This document shows positions 53,901-64,000 of a DNA stretch of 64,000 nucleotides, piece by piece. This DNA is from Zygnema circumcarinatum SAG 698-1b (Eukaryota > Plantae > Zygnematophyceae): positions 8,595,909 through 8,659,908 of the forward strand of contig CM074804.1 of NCBI GenBank assembly GCA_037447605.1. The letters are read 5' to 3'. How positions within the stretch are numbered: the first letter of the stretch is position 1; every line of letters starts with the position of its first letter. A program made the position numbers and the translations under genes. Below the pieces are notes generated by a model. It had not been told where the DNA came from and searched no databases. It saw only the letters and a program-made list of their open reading frames with translations.

Positions 53901-55746
53901 ATCAAGTAGACTTCAGTAACTCCAAAACGCCCCCTCAATAAAAAGACACAAGATCATCGTCACATACCATGATAGTTTGTAACAATGTGACCCTCACTAT
54001 CCCATACGAGCCCGGAACCATTTCCTTCTGGTACCTGCCATCAAAATTAGACCCACAAAGTTCCCTTCTAATGTGGTTCACAACTTATTGGCATTCACAA
54101 AAACAGCAATGGCATGTATCTTACCAAGACCGCGTTTGGCATGAACTCGGAATCAAGAATTCAAATGATGTCATAAAAGCACGGCACCTGTGCCCATGAA
54201 GGCCATTAGCCTTCACATGGATGGCCCTGGCGAAGCCCACCTCCACAGAGCCTGTCAGATTGACTTGCGGCCGCAGAGTAATGTCGAAAATGTTTACAAC
54301 GGAGTAGGTGCTCTTCTCAAAAAGGTCCACCGTCGCCTTCTGAGCTCCGTCAACACCAAAACGGCCATATGAACGCCCAAAATGCTTAAATACCACGCAT
54401 ACAGATAAACGATACTACACGGACACGGACTACTCTGAAGCTACCCGTTCCAGATAAGCACTCCACGCATAATGAGCAGCTTCTTCACACGATTTCGCAC
54501 AAACACGATAACCTTCGGAGCAGTTTGGTAGTCCATGGCTGTTAATTTAATTTAAATGAAATTTAAGCTAGTGATAGAAATATATCGTAGTACTATCACA
54601 TAACTTTCTGTTAAATTATTTACAAGAAACTCAAAGACTTGCAACAGAAATAGGTCTTGCTGTCGCATGCCGTTGCATATGATGGAAGAGAGGGGCAAGA
54701 GGCAAAATTCGAGAGGGAGAGGGCGAGGGAGGACAAGAAAGGGAATCAAAACGGAAGAGAGACAGAGGGAGAATGGAGAGAGAATATAAAATTAAGAAAA
54801 CAGAGGAAAAGCGAGCGGGGGGAGTCGATAAATGTCACCTCAGAAGGAAAGAGGGGCTGTGCTGGCGCTATTGGTGGAGTGACTTCTTCAATCGTTAAAG
54901 TTGGATCGCCTAACCCCCTTGCTAGGCGAACAGCCTCACCCAACACCACTGAACTCAGACGACATAGCCATAGCCAAGAGAAATCTGAAGCGTCTTGGTC
55001 GGAAACCTGCTTTTAGGACCACGTCGTAGTTTGCGATATTAAATACCCTTCTTACTGATAATAGGGCATTTGCTCTATTCACAAATGTCAGATTCCCAAT
55101 TTTTCAATTTTCTAAATCTCATCTTGACCATTCCTCTTCTGCAATATCCTCATTTGAATTGCAGTTTGCACTTTGCATTTACATCAGGCAGAGCAGAGGC
55201 AGAGACTGCAAGAGTTTCCATCCACCTTCATTTACCTGTCATGCAACTAGCGGGGCTTGTCCGTTTGAATTCACGCCATTTTAAAGTTAGAGGCTTTTAT
55301 AGCTATTAACACGTCAGTTCCGGCTTGAAGCTATGACCAGCCTAATTTTCCGGGGAGTAGAAAGGGTGGGAGGTAGAGAACAGAAGGATGAGGGGCTAAC
55401 CAGCAGGGGTGCCGATGGCTGCAGCAGAGGGGAGAGTTGACAGCGCAGCCAGCAGCGACCGGCGAGAAATTGAAGCGGATGGCAGTTGACGTGCAGATGG
55501 TTGGGAATGGCTGCAATGATGGAACCATACGCACCTTCCTTGCTCAGTGCGCGGTAGCAGCAAGCTCGCGGGAAGCACCGGAGAGTACGGCAAGAAGAAG
55601 AAGAAGAAGTAGAAGGCGCATTCCAAGGAGCCAGGGAGCCGCAGGGAGGGAGCAGCCCGCTACAGGGCGCGGAGCAGCCAGCTCAGCTCAGCTCATCAGG
55701 CGCCACCCGCGGTACCTGCAGCAGGACGGGCTACGGCGACCGCCAT
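50909..55746 (-). CDS. DEG8: Thylakoid-lumen Deg/HtrA serine protease, Deg8-like (trypsin domain plus PDZ), multi-exon
   Basis: [74 protein letters not shown]|SGGPLLDS (catalytic Ser), [11 protein letters not shown] and [17 protein letters not shown] match Deg8. Twin-Arg segment [10 protein letters not shown]. The start at 55746 is inferred. Confidence 0.9.
52374..52574. mobile_element. Degenerate ~200-bp MITE (PIF/Harbinger Tourist-like) in a Deg8 intron
   Basis: Terminal inverted repeats TGCATTTTCATGGTCCAACTT (52377-52397) and AAGTTGAACCATGAAAACGCA (52551-52571), 2 mismatches in 21. Right end ...GCACCC; flanks TAA and TAT; internal GTTGAA/TTCAAC repeats. Confidence 0.6.
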
Positions 55747-56055
55747 GGCCGGCGTAGCTCCACACGTGGCCGGACGAGAAGCACGGCCCAGGCAGCCACG
55801 TGTCGCGCAGGGAGGGCAGCGCGGCGGCGAGAGGAGGTGCCATGTGGCGGAGCGGAGCGGGGTGCGCGTCTCCTCCCTCCCTCTTCAAGGGGCGGGCGGG
55901 CAGGGGGGGGGAGGAGGGTACTGGGACCCGTGACGCGGCCTCGTTGCTGCGCGGTGAGCGTCGCCTGCCTCCGTCCTTCCTCTCCCTTCCTTTCCTCCCT
56001 CTCCCCCTCCCTCCCTCCCTCCTATGCAACACTGTAAGAGCGCGAGAGACGGAGC

Positions 56056-58903
56056 ATGGCGCCGCTTGCAGGCGGCCACCCCCCGCGGGGAAAACCTCGC
56101 CACCACCAAGGTATGCACCTCATCGTCTTCTCTGCTCGACCTTGTCATCTTTGGTATTGCGTTCATACTTATGAAAGCAACTACTTTTGGGTGAACCCAA
56201 GACTGGACGTGAAGTGAAGGCTTGTCTGTGTCGCTAGTTTCCTTTTTGCAGTTGTTGAGATGTTAAGGATGGGAAACTGAATGAGGAAAGAGTCGGATAG
56301 CTTATTTTTGTTGACTGGAAGGATTGCACATCACTTGATGGCAGGTTTGTTGGCGAAAGTATAAATTTTGCACGTTTTTACCAATCCCTGTCTGCCGATG
56401 TTGAAGCATGCCTTGTTGTTATGTCTCCGGAAACACCAAGTGAGCGGCACAGTGCTCAGTAGTGGTGACCTGAAATGCCTTTGTAGCCAAAGCTCCCCCT
56501 TCGTTGGCTGTTGCAGCGGCACGCGGATTATGTGAAGAAGCAGCGCCGTGCTGAGGCGAAGCGGGCGTTGCGTCAATGGCGTTCCGTGGAGCTCGATGCA
56601 GACGAGCACTTCAATGTACGCGGCAGGGCGTTGTACTTTCTTCGCATGCCATCCAATCCTGTGGCAGGTTATTCCTAGCAAAGCTCACGACCGATCACGA
56701 GAATCCATTGACTTTGTTGGATGCGCAGCTGCTCACTCTTCGCTATATTGTATGGTTCATGAGACTTTTTTGCAGCCCATAAAGGCTGCTAGAGGATGGG
56801 AGTTTTCCAGGTAGTACGCCACAATAGCACTGTGGGGAGCCTTCCAGGAAATGGCAGAGGAATCCCTCGCCATCAGCCTGTTAGCGAACGAGCGTGTTCT
56901 GAAAGGTGGGGCATAGCACTCTCACTTGCGCAAGTGCATTGCAGTGCCCTCTTTGGCAGCCATTAGTTTCTCAGTAAAAAATGCTTCATGGCTTGACTGT
57001 AACGGGAATGATGCAGCACAATGGAAGAGCCAAATCGCATATATTCTAGATTTGAACACTTGGCAATAAATTCCCCCGTCGCCCAAGGGTCTAGTGCAGG
57101 CACCAGTTCGCTGGGCTAGCGTTTACCGGTCTTGTCTCACCCGATTTTTATGTTTGGGAAATGGGACAGGCTGGAGAAGGAGCTTCGTCGATTCATTATG
57201 CACTGGAAAGGTGGGCACTGATATCCCTGTTTGTGAAATTGTTGAAGCCTCCTTCCTCAGCTGGAGGGGCTATTTCTCATGATTGATGGGGTTCCTTTGT
57301 GCCTGCGTACATGCTCAAGAGCATCATGTGTGAGTTCCTTTCCTGCTCTACGCCTGACACTGCCGAACAACCTTGACTCTGGATCCAATATAGGGCTATA
57401 TGGGGCGCACCATAACCCTCATTCAGCCAACTGCCACCAAGAGGCACACCATTCGGCATCAGAGAACAGAGGATTCGAGCAGCAGAACGAGACCAGTGCA
57501 AGTGGCAGGCACTTTCAGGGGCATACCGAAGCTGACAGCAGACGTGGAGGTCCCTTCTCCAACCACTTTGATTCTAATAGCAGAGGAGAGTGGAAAAGTT
57601 ATGAAAGAAATGGCAACAGTTTTGGCGGCCGTAGTAGCAGTGAGAGTGCCTGGAGGGACCGGGAAGATGGTAGCAAAGAGCATTGCAGCAGGGCCTTTCA
57701 CGAGCAGAATAGGGAGCCACGAGGATGGCATGCGTCCACTGGTGGAGACCAACAAGCGCGCGGTTCAAGTGGTGACAGATTCAGGAGAGCAGACGAGAAG
57801 AAACGGGGCAGTAGCCCTGACGGGCGGGAAAGTTTCTCAATGTCGGGAGCGTCGCATAGGAAGCTGCTGGGCCTGCCAATCGCCGGAACTCTCACCTCTG
57901 CTTGTGTGAAGCACGCGTAAGAGTTGGTGGAGCTTCGGGTGGCTGCTGGCTGGAGGGGGAAGGGGAGAGGGGGGGAGGGGGAGAGCAACTCCACTGACAA
58001 GTTCTTATTTAAAGAGTCCTTCGTGCAACTTTGTGATTGGCACCTTGCTCCGTATTACCACCCCAAGTGTTTTAAATCCTCAACTACAATGGCTAATGCC
58101 GATTTCTTGAGTTCCTGACAAATTTTGTGAATGGACAATTTAGACCAATCTGGCTTGTTGCACTTATCTTACAGTTTACCCTTTAGAAAATCTCGTACGT
58201 GGTTATCAGCATCTTGATGCACTCCAACAGTATGTTAGTGATATATTGAACTTTCAGTATGCTTCAAACTTTGCTAATAGCAGGGTTAGCCTTGAGTGTA
58301 CATCAAAGTTTTCTTGCGTAGAAGATTCAACGACTCTACAGGATATTGATTTGATTTGATTTCGGTTGGTCCAGATTTCGAACGTGCGCGCTGCTGTGGC
58401 ATCCTGATCGCCATATTGGACCTGGCAAGGTATAACAGTCGAGTCCATTGCATAAACTAACTATCCCCTCCATGTCAGTCATGTTGTTGTTGTTGTGGAA
58501 GGCGCTTGTGCTATAGATGGACTTGCAGTACCACATTGCACATATGCTGACGTCTGTACGCATTGCCATTAACATAGACCAGACATGACTAAAACACATG
58601 GCTCTCATCAGTTCTCGATCTATGCCCGGCAAGAACAAGTTGAACTTCCTTTTTAAGGAAAAGCACGTGCTGGTGTTGATGGGGATAGGACCCCCTCATT
58701 TTGGACATTGTGTTGTGTTGCGAAAATAGGCACGGCAAGCCCGATAGTGAAGCACGTAGGCCTTTGCCTGCGGAGAACTGTATTGCTTTCGTTCACTCAG
58801 TGCCCGGCTGTATTCTTCCTATCCGTTGCAGGTGATTGCGGAGGCGAAGTTCAAAGCGGCTTCAGTAGCCTATGAAGCGTTGTTGCGCTCCTGTAGTACT
58901 TAG
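56056..58903 (+). CDS. DnaJ/Hsp40 type III protein with C-terminal J-domain (5' exons uncertain)
   Basis: RHADYVKKQRRAEAKRALR exon (~56517-56615); long exon ending HRKLLGLPIAGTLTSACVKHA; exon ~58375-58429 FRTCALLWHPDRHIGPGK with the HPD motif; last exon 58832-58903 VIAEAKFKAASVAYEALL. Confidence 0.8.
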
Positions 58904-59460
58904 ATATCCATCTCAACATTACCATTCAGCATAAGGATTCATTGTTTCTCGGTGATTTCAATATTCATTGTACATTTGAAGTCGGAAATTAGCAAGCTCA
59001 GTTGAGGAGGTGATTCATATGTAAACTTTATGATGCTTAAGGATGATATTTTTTCCTCGGTTGCGGAGGCTAGAGTAGGAATGTGACAAAGCTAAGAGTC
59101 CTTTTAAGGCATTTGGAGGCACGTGAACACAACGTGATATGAAAGATTTCTAGTCAATTAGTAACTTTTGTTCTCTCTTCCTCTCTTTCCCCCTCCCCCC
59201 CCTCTCTCGCCATCCCGAGGTCCTACACCCTCCCCCTCCCGCTCCTCTCTCGTTTTCTCTCCCTCTGCCCCGACTTGCCATCCCGCACTTTCTCTCCCAA
59301 TGTCCTGTTGGCCTCACAAGCTCAATTGGTCAGATATAAATGTTGACTTCATGATAGACAACATCATCATATAGAGGAACATAGTCCTCCCTAATTTAGG
59401 TCCATTTAGAGCATAGGCCCCAAGAGGAAGAATGTTGTACGGGACTAAAGGCCGTACAAC

Positions 59461-59528
59461 GTTTTTAGGGTTTTTAGGGTTATTAGGGTTTTTAGGGTTA
59501 TTAGGGTTTTTAGGGTTTTTAGGGTTTT
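59461..59528 (+). repeat. Interstitial telomeric tract, (TTTTTAGGG/TTATTAGGG)7
   Basis: Seven 9-mers in the same orientation as the terminal array. Confidence 0.95.
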
Positions 59529-59539
59529 GACTCCCCCTA

Positions 59540-59714
59540 GGGGGAGTCAGACCTTGACCATCGCCTAACCAATTTCGTAAGCCCGTCGGGCCAATTCTGC
59601 CTTGTACGGCAGGCCTTTTTCGCAAAAAGTGGACGTTCGGCAGGTTCGGGCGCCGCGAATTCAAGAGAGCAATTTCGTAACCTTTTGCATCTCCGGGCAA
59701 GGTCTGACTCCCCC
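59540..59714. mobile_element. 175-bp unit with perfect 17-bp terminal inverted repeats (MITE-like), between two telomeric tracts
   Basis: GGGGGAGTCAGACCTTG (59540-59556) and CAAGGTCTGACTCCCCC (59698-59714). A truncated copy TGACTCCCCC plus TA precedes it. Internal direct repeat AATTTCGTAA occurs twice. Confidence 0.55.
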
Positions 59715-59848
59715 TTTTCGCCCCGCCGCGCTCCCTCCGCCGCCCGCCGCCCGCCGCCCTCCGTTTTGTCGCCACGCGCGTCACCACCGCGCGAGCGGCG
59801 TCCCGCCGCCTGCCCGCTGCTCGCTCGCTGCGAGCTCAGATCAGCTCG

Positions 59849-59871
59849 GGTTTAGGGTTTAGGGTTTAGGG
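59849..59871 (+). repeat. Short interstitial (TTTAGGG)3 tract
   Basis: gggtttagggtttagggtttaggg. Confidence 0.9.
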
Positions 59872-60019
59872 CTCCTCCCTCGCCGCCGCCCGAGCCATCC
59901 TTGCAGCGGAGCGAGCAGAGCGACCTCTCGCCTCCCCCCAGTGAACGGTGAGCCGGCGACGACGGCAAAAGTGCGACCGGTGAGCAAGTGACGACGGCGG
60001 ACTTGAGCAGCGGTGAGTC

Positions 60020-60084
60020 CTTGCCCCTGCCCCTGCACCTGCCCTTGCCTCCCTCGCCCTTGCCCATGCCTCCCTTGTCTCCCT

Positions 60085-60115
<31 letters not shown>

Positions 60116-60215
60116 TTTTCTGCTGCTGCTGCTGTTGCTGTGGGGCTGCTGCTGCTCTTGCTGCTTTTCCTGCCGCTGCTCTTGCTGCTGTTGCTCCTGC
60201 TGCTTTTCCTGTTGC

Positions 60216-60249
<34 letters not shown>

Positions 60250-60545
60250 CATACTGCTGCTGCTGCTCTTGCTGTTGTTGTTCCTGCTGCTTTTTCTGCT
60301 TCTTTTGCTGCTGCTGCTGCTGCTGCTGTGGCTGCTGCTCTTGATGCTGCTCCAGCCTTTTTTTTTTTTTTGCTTTTGCATTCTGCATTCTGCATTTTGC
60401 ATTCCGCATTCCGCATTCCGCATTCTGCCTCCCTTGCCTTTGCCCGAGCCTCCTTTGCCCTTGCCCCTTGCTGTGTTGCCCTTGCCTCTGTCTCCCTTGC
60501 CTTTGCTTGTGCCTCTTGTTCCTTTGCTTGCGCTTCTGTTGTGTG
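60020..60545. repeat. Low-complexity block: (CTG)n-rich tract flanked by CCCTTG-type repeats and a 7-bp GCATTC(T/C) array
   Basis: The + strand is almost devoid of A. Degenerate CTG run at ~60085-60350; about seven copies of GCATTCY at ~60378-60427. Confidence 0.85.
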
Positions 60546-60580
60546 TATGACTGTATGTTATTCCTCCCCCTTCCCATTAA

Positions 60581-60651
60581 GTTGAGGTGGCGGATTGGTT
60601 ACGCAACTGTTGCAAAACAGTAATAAAGGGGTTCAAATCCCCTCTTCGACT
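60581..60651 (+). tRNA. tRNA-Cys(GCA)-like gene, probably a pseudogene (6-nt anticodon loop)
   Basis: Cloverleaf: acceptor GTTGAGG/CTTCGAC (5 Watson-Crick plus 2 G-U pairs); D stem GCG/CGC with GG in the loop; anticodon stem ACTGT/ACAGT around TGCAAA; T stem AGGGG/CCCCT with TTCAAAT loop; discriminator U, the Cys identity base. Confidence 0.65.
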
Positions 60652-60736
60652 TGTAGTGTTTATTCATTCTTCTATTTTTATTAATTTAAAGTATTTGTGT
60701 TTTTGCTTCATATGCCAAATATTTGTTTTCTACATG

Positions 60737-61118
60737 GCAGGGTTTTCTGCAATGCAAGGTTTTCTGCAATGCAAGGTTTTCTGCAAGGCAAGGTTTTCTT
60801 CAATGCAAGGTTTTCTGCAATGCAAGGTTTTCTGCAATGCAAGGTTTTCTGCAAGGTTTTCTGCAGGGCAAGGTTTTCTTCAATGCAAGGTTTTCTGCAA
60901 TGCAAGGTTTTCTGCAATGCAAGGTTTTCTGCAATGCAAGGTTTTCTGCAGGGCAAGGTTTTCTGCAAGGCAAGGTTTTCTTCAATGCAAGGTTTTCTGC
61001 AATGCAAGGTTTTCTGCAATGCAAGGTTTTCTGCAGGGCAAGGTTTTCTGCAGGGCAAGGTTTTCCGCAAGGCAAGGTTTTCTTCAATGCAAGGTTTTCT
61101 GAAGTGCAAGGTTTTCTG
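60737..61118 (+). repeat. 17-bp minisatellite, consensus GCAAGGTTTTCTGCAAT, ~22 units
   Basis: Tandem units with variants (CTTCAAT, CTGCAGG, CTGCAAG) and a shortened unit. This explains the 17-aa periodicity of the overlapping ORFs. Confidence 0.95.
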
Positions 61119-61129
61119 TTCTGGAACGG

Positions 61130-62491
<1,362 letters not shown>

Positions 62492-62984
62492 TGACTGATC
62501 CATTTAGAAAGAAAGACAGACAAAGGGCAAAGACTCACTAAAGTGTGGGCCATATAGGAACCGCAAAAAGTTTGAGTGCTTGTGCATAACCAAGCTGCTA
62601 ATTGGGGAAGGCAAGAGTGTGAACCGTTGCCAATGTCCCTTATAATGGTCTACTTGAAAGCATCTAGACCCAAGGTGTATAATAACATTGCCCATGCCCG
62701 TATCAACAGTAGATCACCTTGAAAATAAAGGATGCAGGCCTCACAGACGCATCTATCTTGACTCCAAAGTGAAGTGCATGCAACGTTTACAAAAGTTGCT
62801 TTCAATGCATCCAGTGTTTCAAAATGTGCCGAACAAGATGTTCCCCTAACCCAGCCGTAATTAAGCCCACACCTAACACGCCATGCAATCATCTTCAGCT
62901 CTGGCGACGTCCAATTCTAGAAACTGCTGTGGAACCAAATTCCAAGAAAAATGTTTCAATCACTTTGTCAGATCTTTGCCAAAC

Positions 62985-63118
62985 CTTTTTATCCTTGATC
63001 TCGCTCGACTGTATCCATGCCTTAATCTGATCTCGATACCGTTGAAGTTTCTTGATCTCTTTTTTCAAGTCAGCATCAAACTTTTCTTTCTGGTTGGCGC
63101 TCTCTGTGTCGTTATCAC
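62985..63118 (-). pseudogene. NOT3: Isolated exon of CCR4-NOT subunit NOT3/NOT5 (N-terminal domain) with flanking intron sequence
   Basis: 63110-62985 translates [42 protein letters not shown]. It is bounded by cacag| and |gtttgg. The exon is 134 nt, 2 nt more than the in-frame 132. Neighbouring exons are absent. Confidence 0.88.
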
Positions 63119-63432
63119 CTGTGCATTTACGGTGTGCAGAAAGTCAGCCAATCAACTCAACTTCGCGCTTATCACTGCTTTCAAAGCAAACTATTCCACG
63201 GTTCCACGAGGTTGCACTGAGGAACCAACGACGTTCAAGTGTTGCGAAAAGACTATCATTGCCTCAGTTAATTCCGGAGAGCTCTTGAATTCTATGTGTA
63301 TGTAGAAAATGTGACACCCGCAGTTGATCCTTGCATCATATCAGCTTATTCAATGTACCGTATACACCGAATGCCAAAGATGGATTTTGCTTTTCTTCAG
63401 TTTTAATTGAGTGTTAACCCATCTTTTTTTTT

Positions 63433-64000
63433 GGGTTTTTAGGGTTTTTAGGGTTTTTAGGGTTTTTAGGGTTTTTAGGGTTTTTAGGGTTTTTAGGGTT
63501 TTGGGGTTTAGGTTTTAGGGTTTTCGTTTTAGGGTTTTAGGGTTTTGGGTTTTAGGGTTTTTAGGGTTTTAGGGTTTTAGGGTTTTGGTTTTGGGTTTTA
63601 GGGTTTTGGGGTTTTCGTGGGTTTTAGGGTTTTGGGGTTTTGGGGTTTTAGGGTTTCGGGGTTTTAGGATTTTGGCGTTTTGGATTTTTAGGGTTTTGGG
63701 GTTTTGGCGTTTTGAGGTTTTAGGGTTTTGAGGTTTTAGGGGTTTAGGGTTTTAGGGTTTTTAGGGTTTTAGGGTTTTAGGGTTTTAAGTTTTTAGGGTT
63801 TTAGGGTTTTAGGGTTTTAGGGTTTTAGGGTTTTAGGGTTTTAGGGTTTTTAGGGTTTTAGGGTTTTAGGGTTTTAGGGTTTTAGGGTTTTAGGGTTTTA
63901 GGGTTTTAGGGTTTTTAGGGTTTTAGGGTTTTAGGGTTTTAGGGTTTTTAGGGTTTTAGGGTTTTAGGGTTTTAGGGTTTTTAGGGTTTTAGGGTTTTAG
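63433..64000 (+). repeat. Terminal telomere array: proximal (TTTTTAGGG)7, degenerate zone, distal mainly TTTTAGGG
   Basis: G-rich strand runs 5'->3' toward the window end, continuous to base 64000. Confidence 0.98.

Noticed and set aside
59530-59870. Hammerhead ribozyme or reverse-transcriptase signature of a telomeric Penelope-like element
   Set aside because: No CTGANGA core paired with GAAA was found on either strand, and there is no RT motif in the subtelomere.
60737-61118. Possible CRISPR-like array
   Set aside because: Units are contiguous with no unique spacers, there are no cas genes, and the context is eukaryotic.

Overview
Gene-dense terminal 64 kb of a eukaryotic chromosome arm, most likely from a streptophyte green alga or plant. 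This is inferred from FPA, type II H+-PPase, Deg8, plant DUF179 and beta-amylase homologues, spliceosomal GT-AG introns and plant/algal-type telomere repeats. Positions 1-58903 hold 15 intron-containing genes: FPA (3' part), NAA50, AVP2-type H+-PPase, a coiled-coil/WD40 protein, a giant ~2,400-aa helical protein, RPB6, a cytoplasmic-dynein-1-intermediate-chain-like WD40 protein, DUF179, a TrmH methyltransferase, OPA3, a CHCH/Mic19-like protein, PRCC, RINT1/MAG2, Deg8 and a C-terminal J-domain protein. The last 11 of these alternate strand strictly. From ~59430 the subtelomere is a mosaic: interstitial telomere tracts bracketed by a hairpin and a palindrome, a 175-bp unit with terminal inverted repeats, a Q-rich low-complexity tract, a tRNA-Cys-like gene, a 17-bp minisatellite, a decayed beta-amylase fragment and an orphan NOT3 exon. 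It ends in a terminal T4-5AG3 telomere array. Most notable are the dynein-1 IC-like gene in a lineage thought to lack cytoplasmic dynein-1, the giant gene with a possible bacterial origin, and the gene-fragment-capturing subtelomere. All homology calls come from recalled family motifs, not database searches. Exon boundaries were read by eye, and some are approximate.
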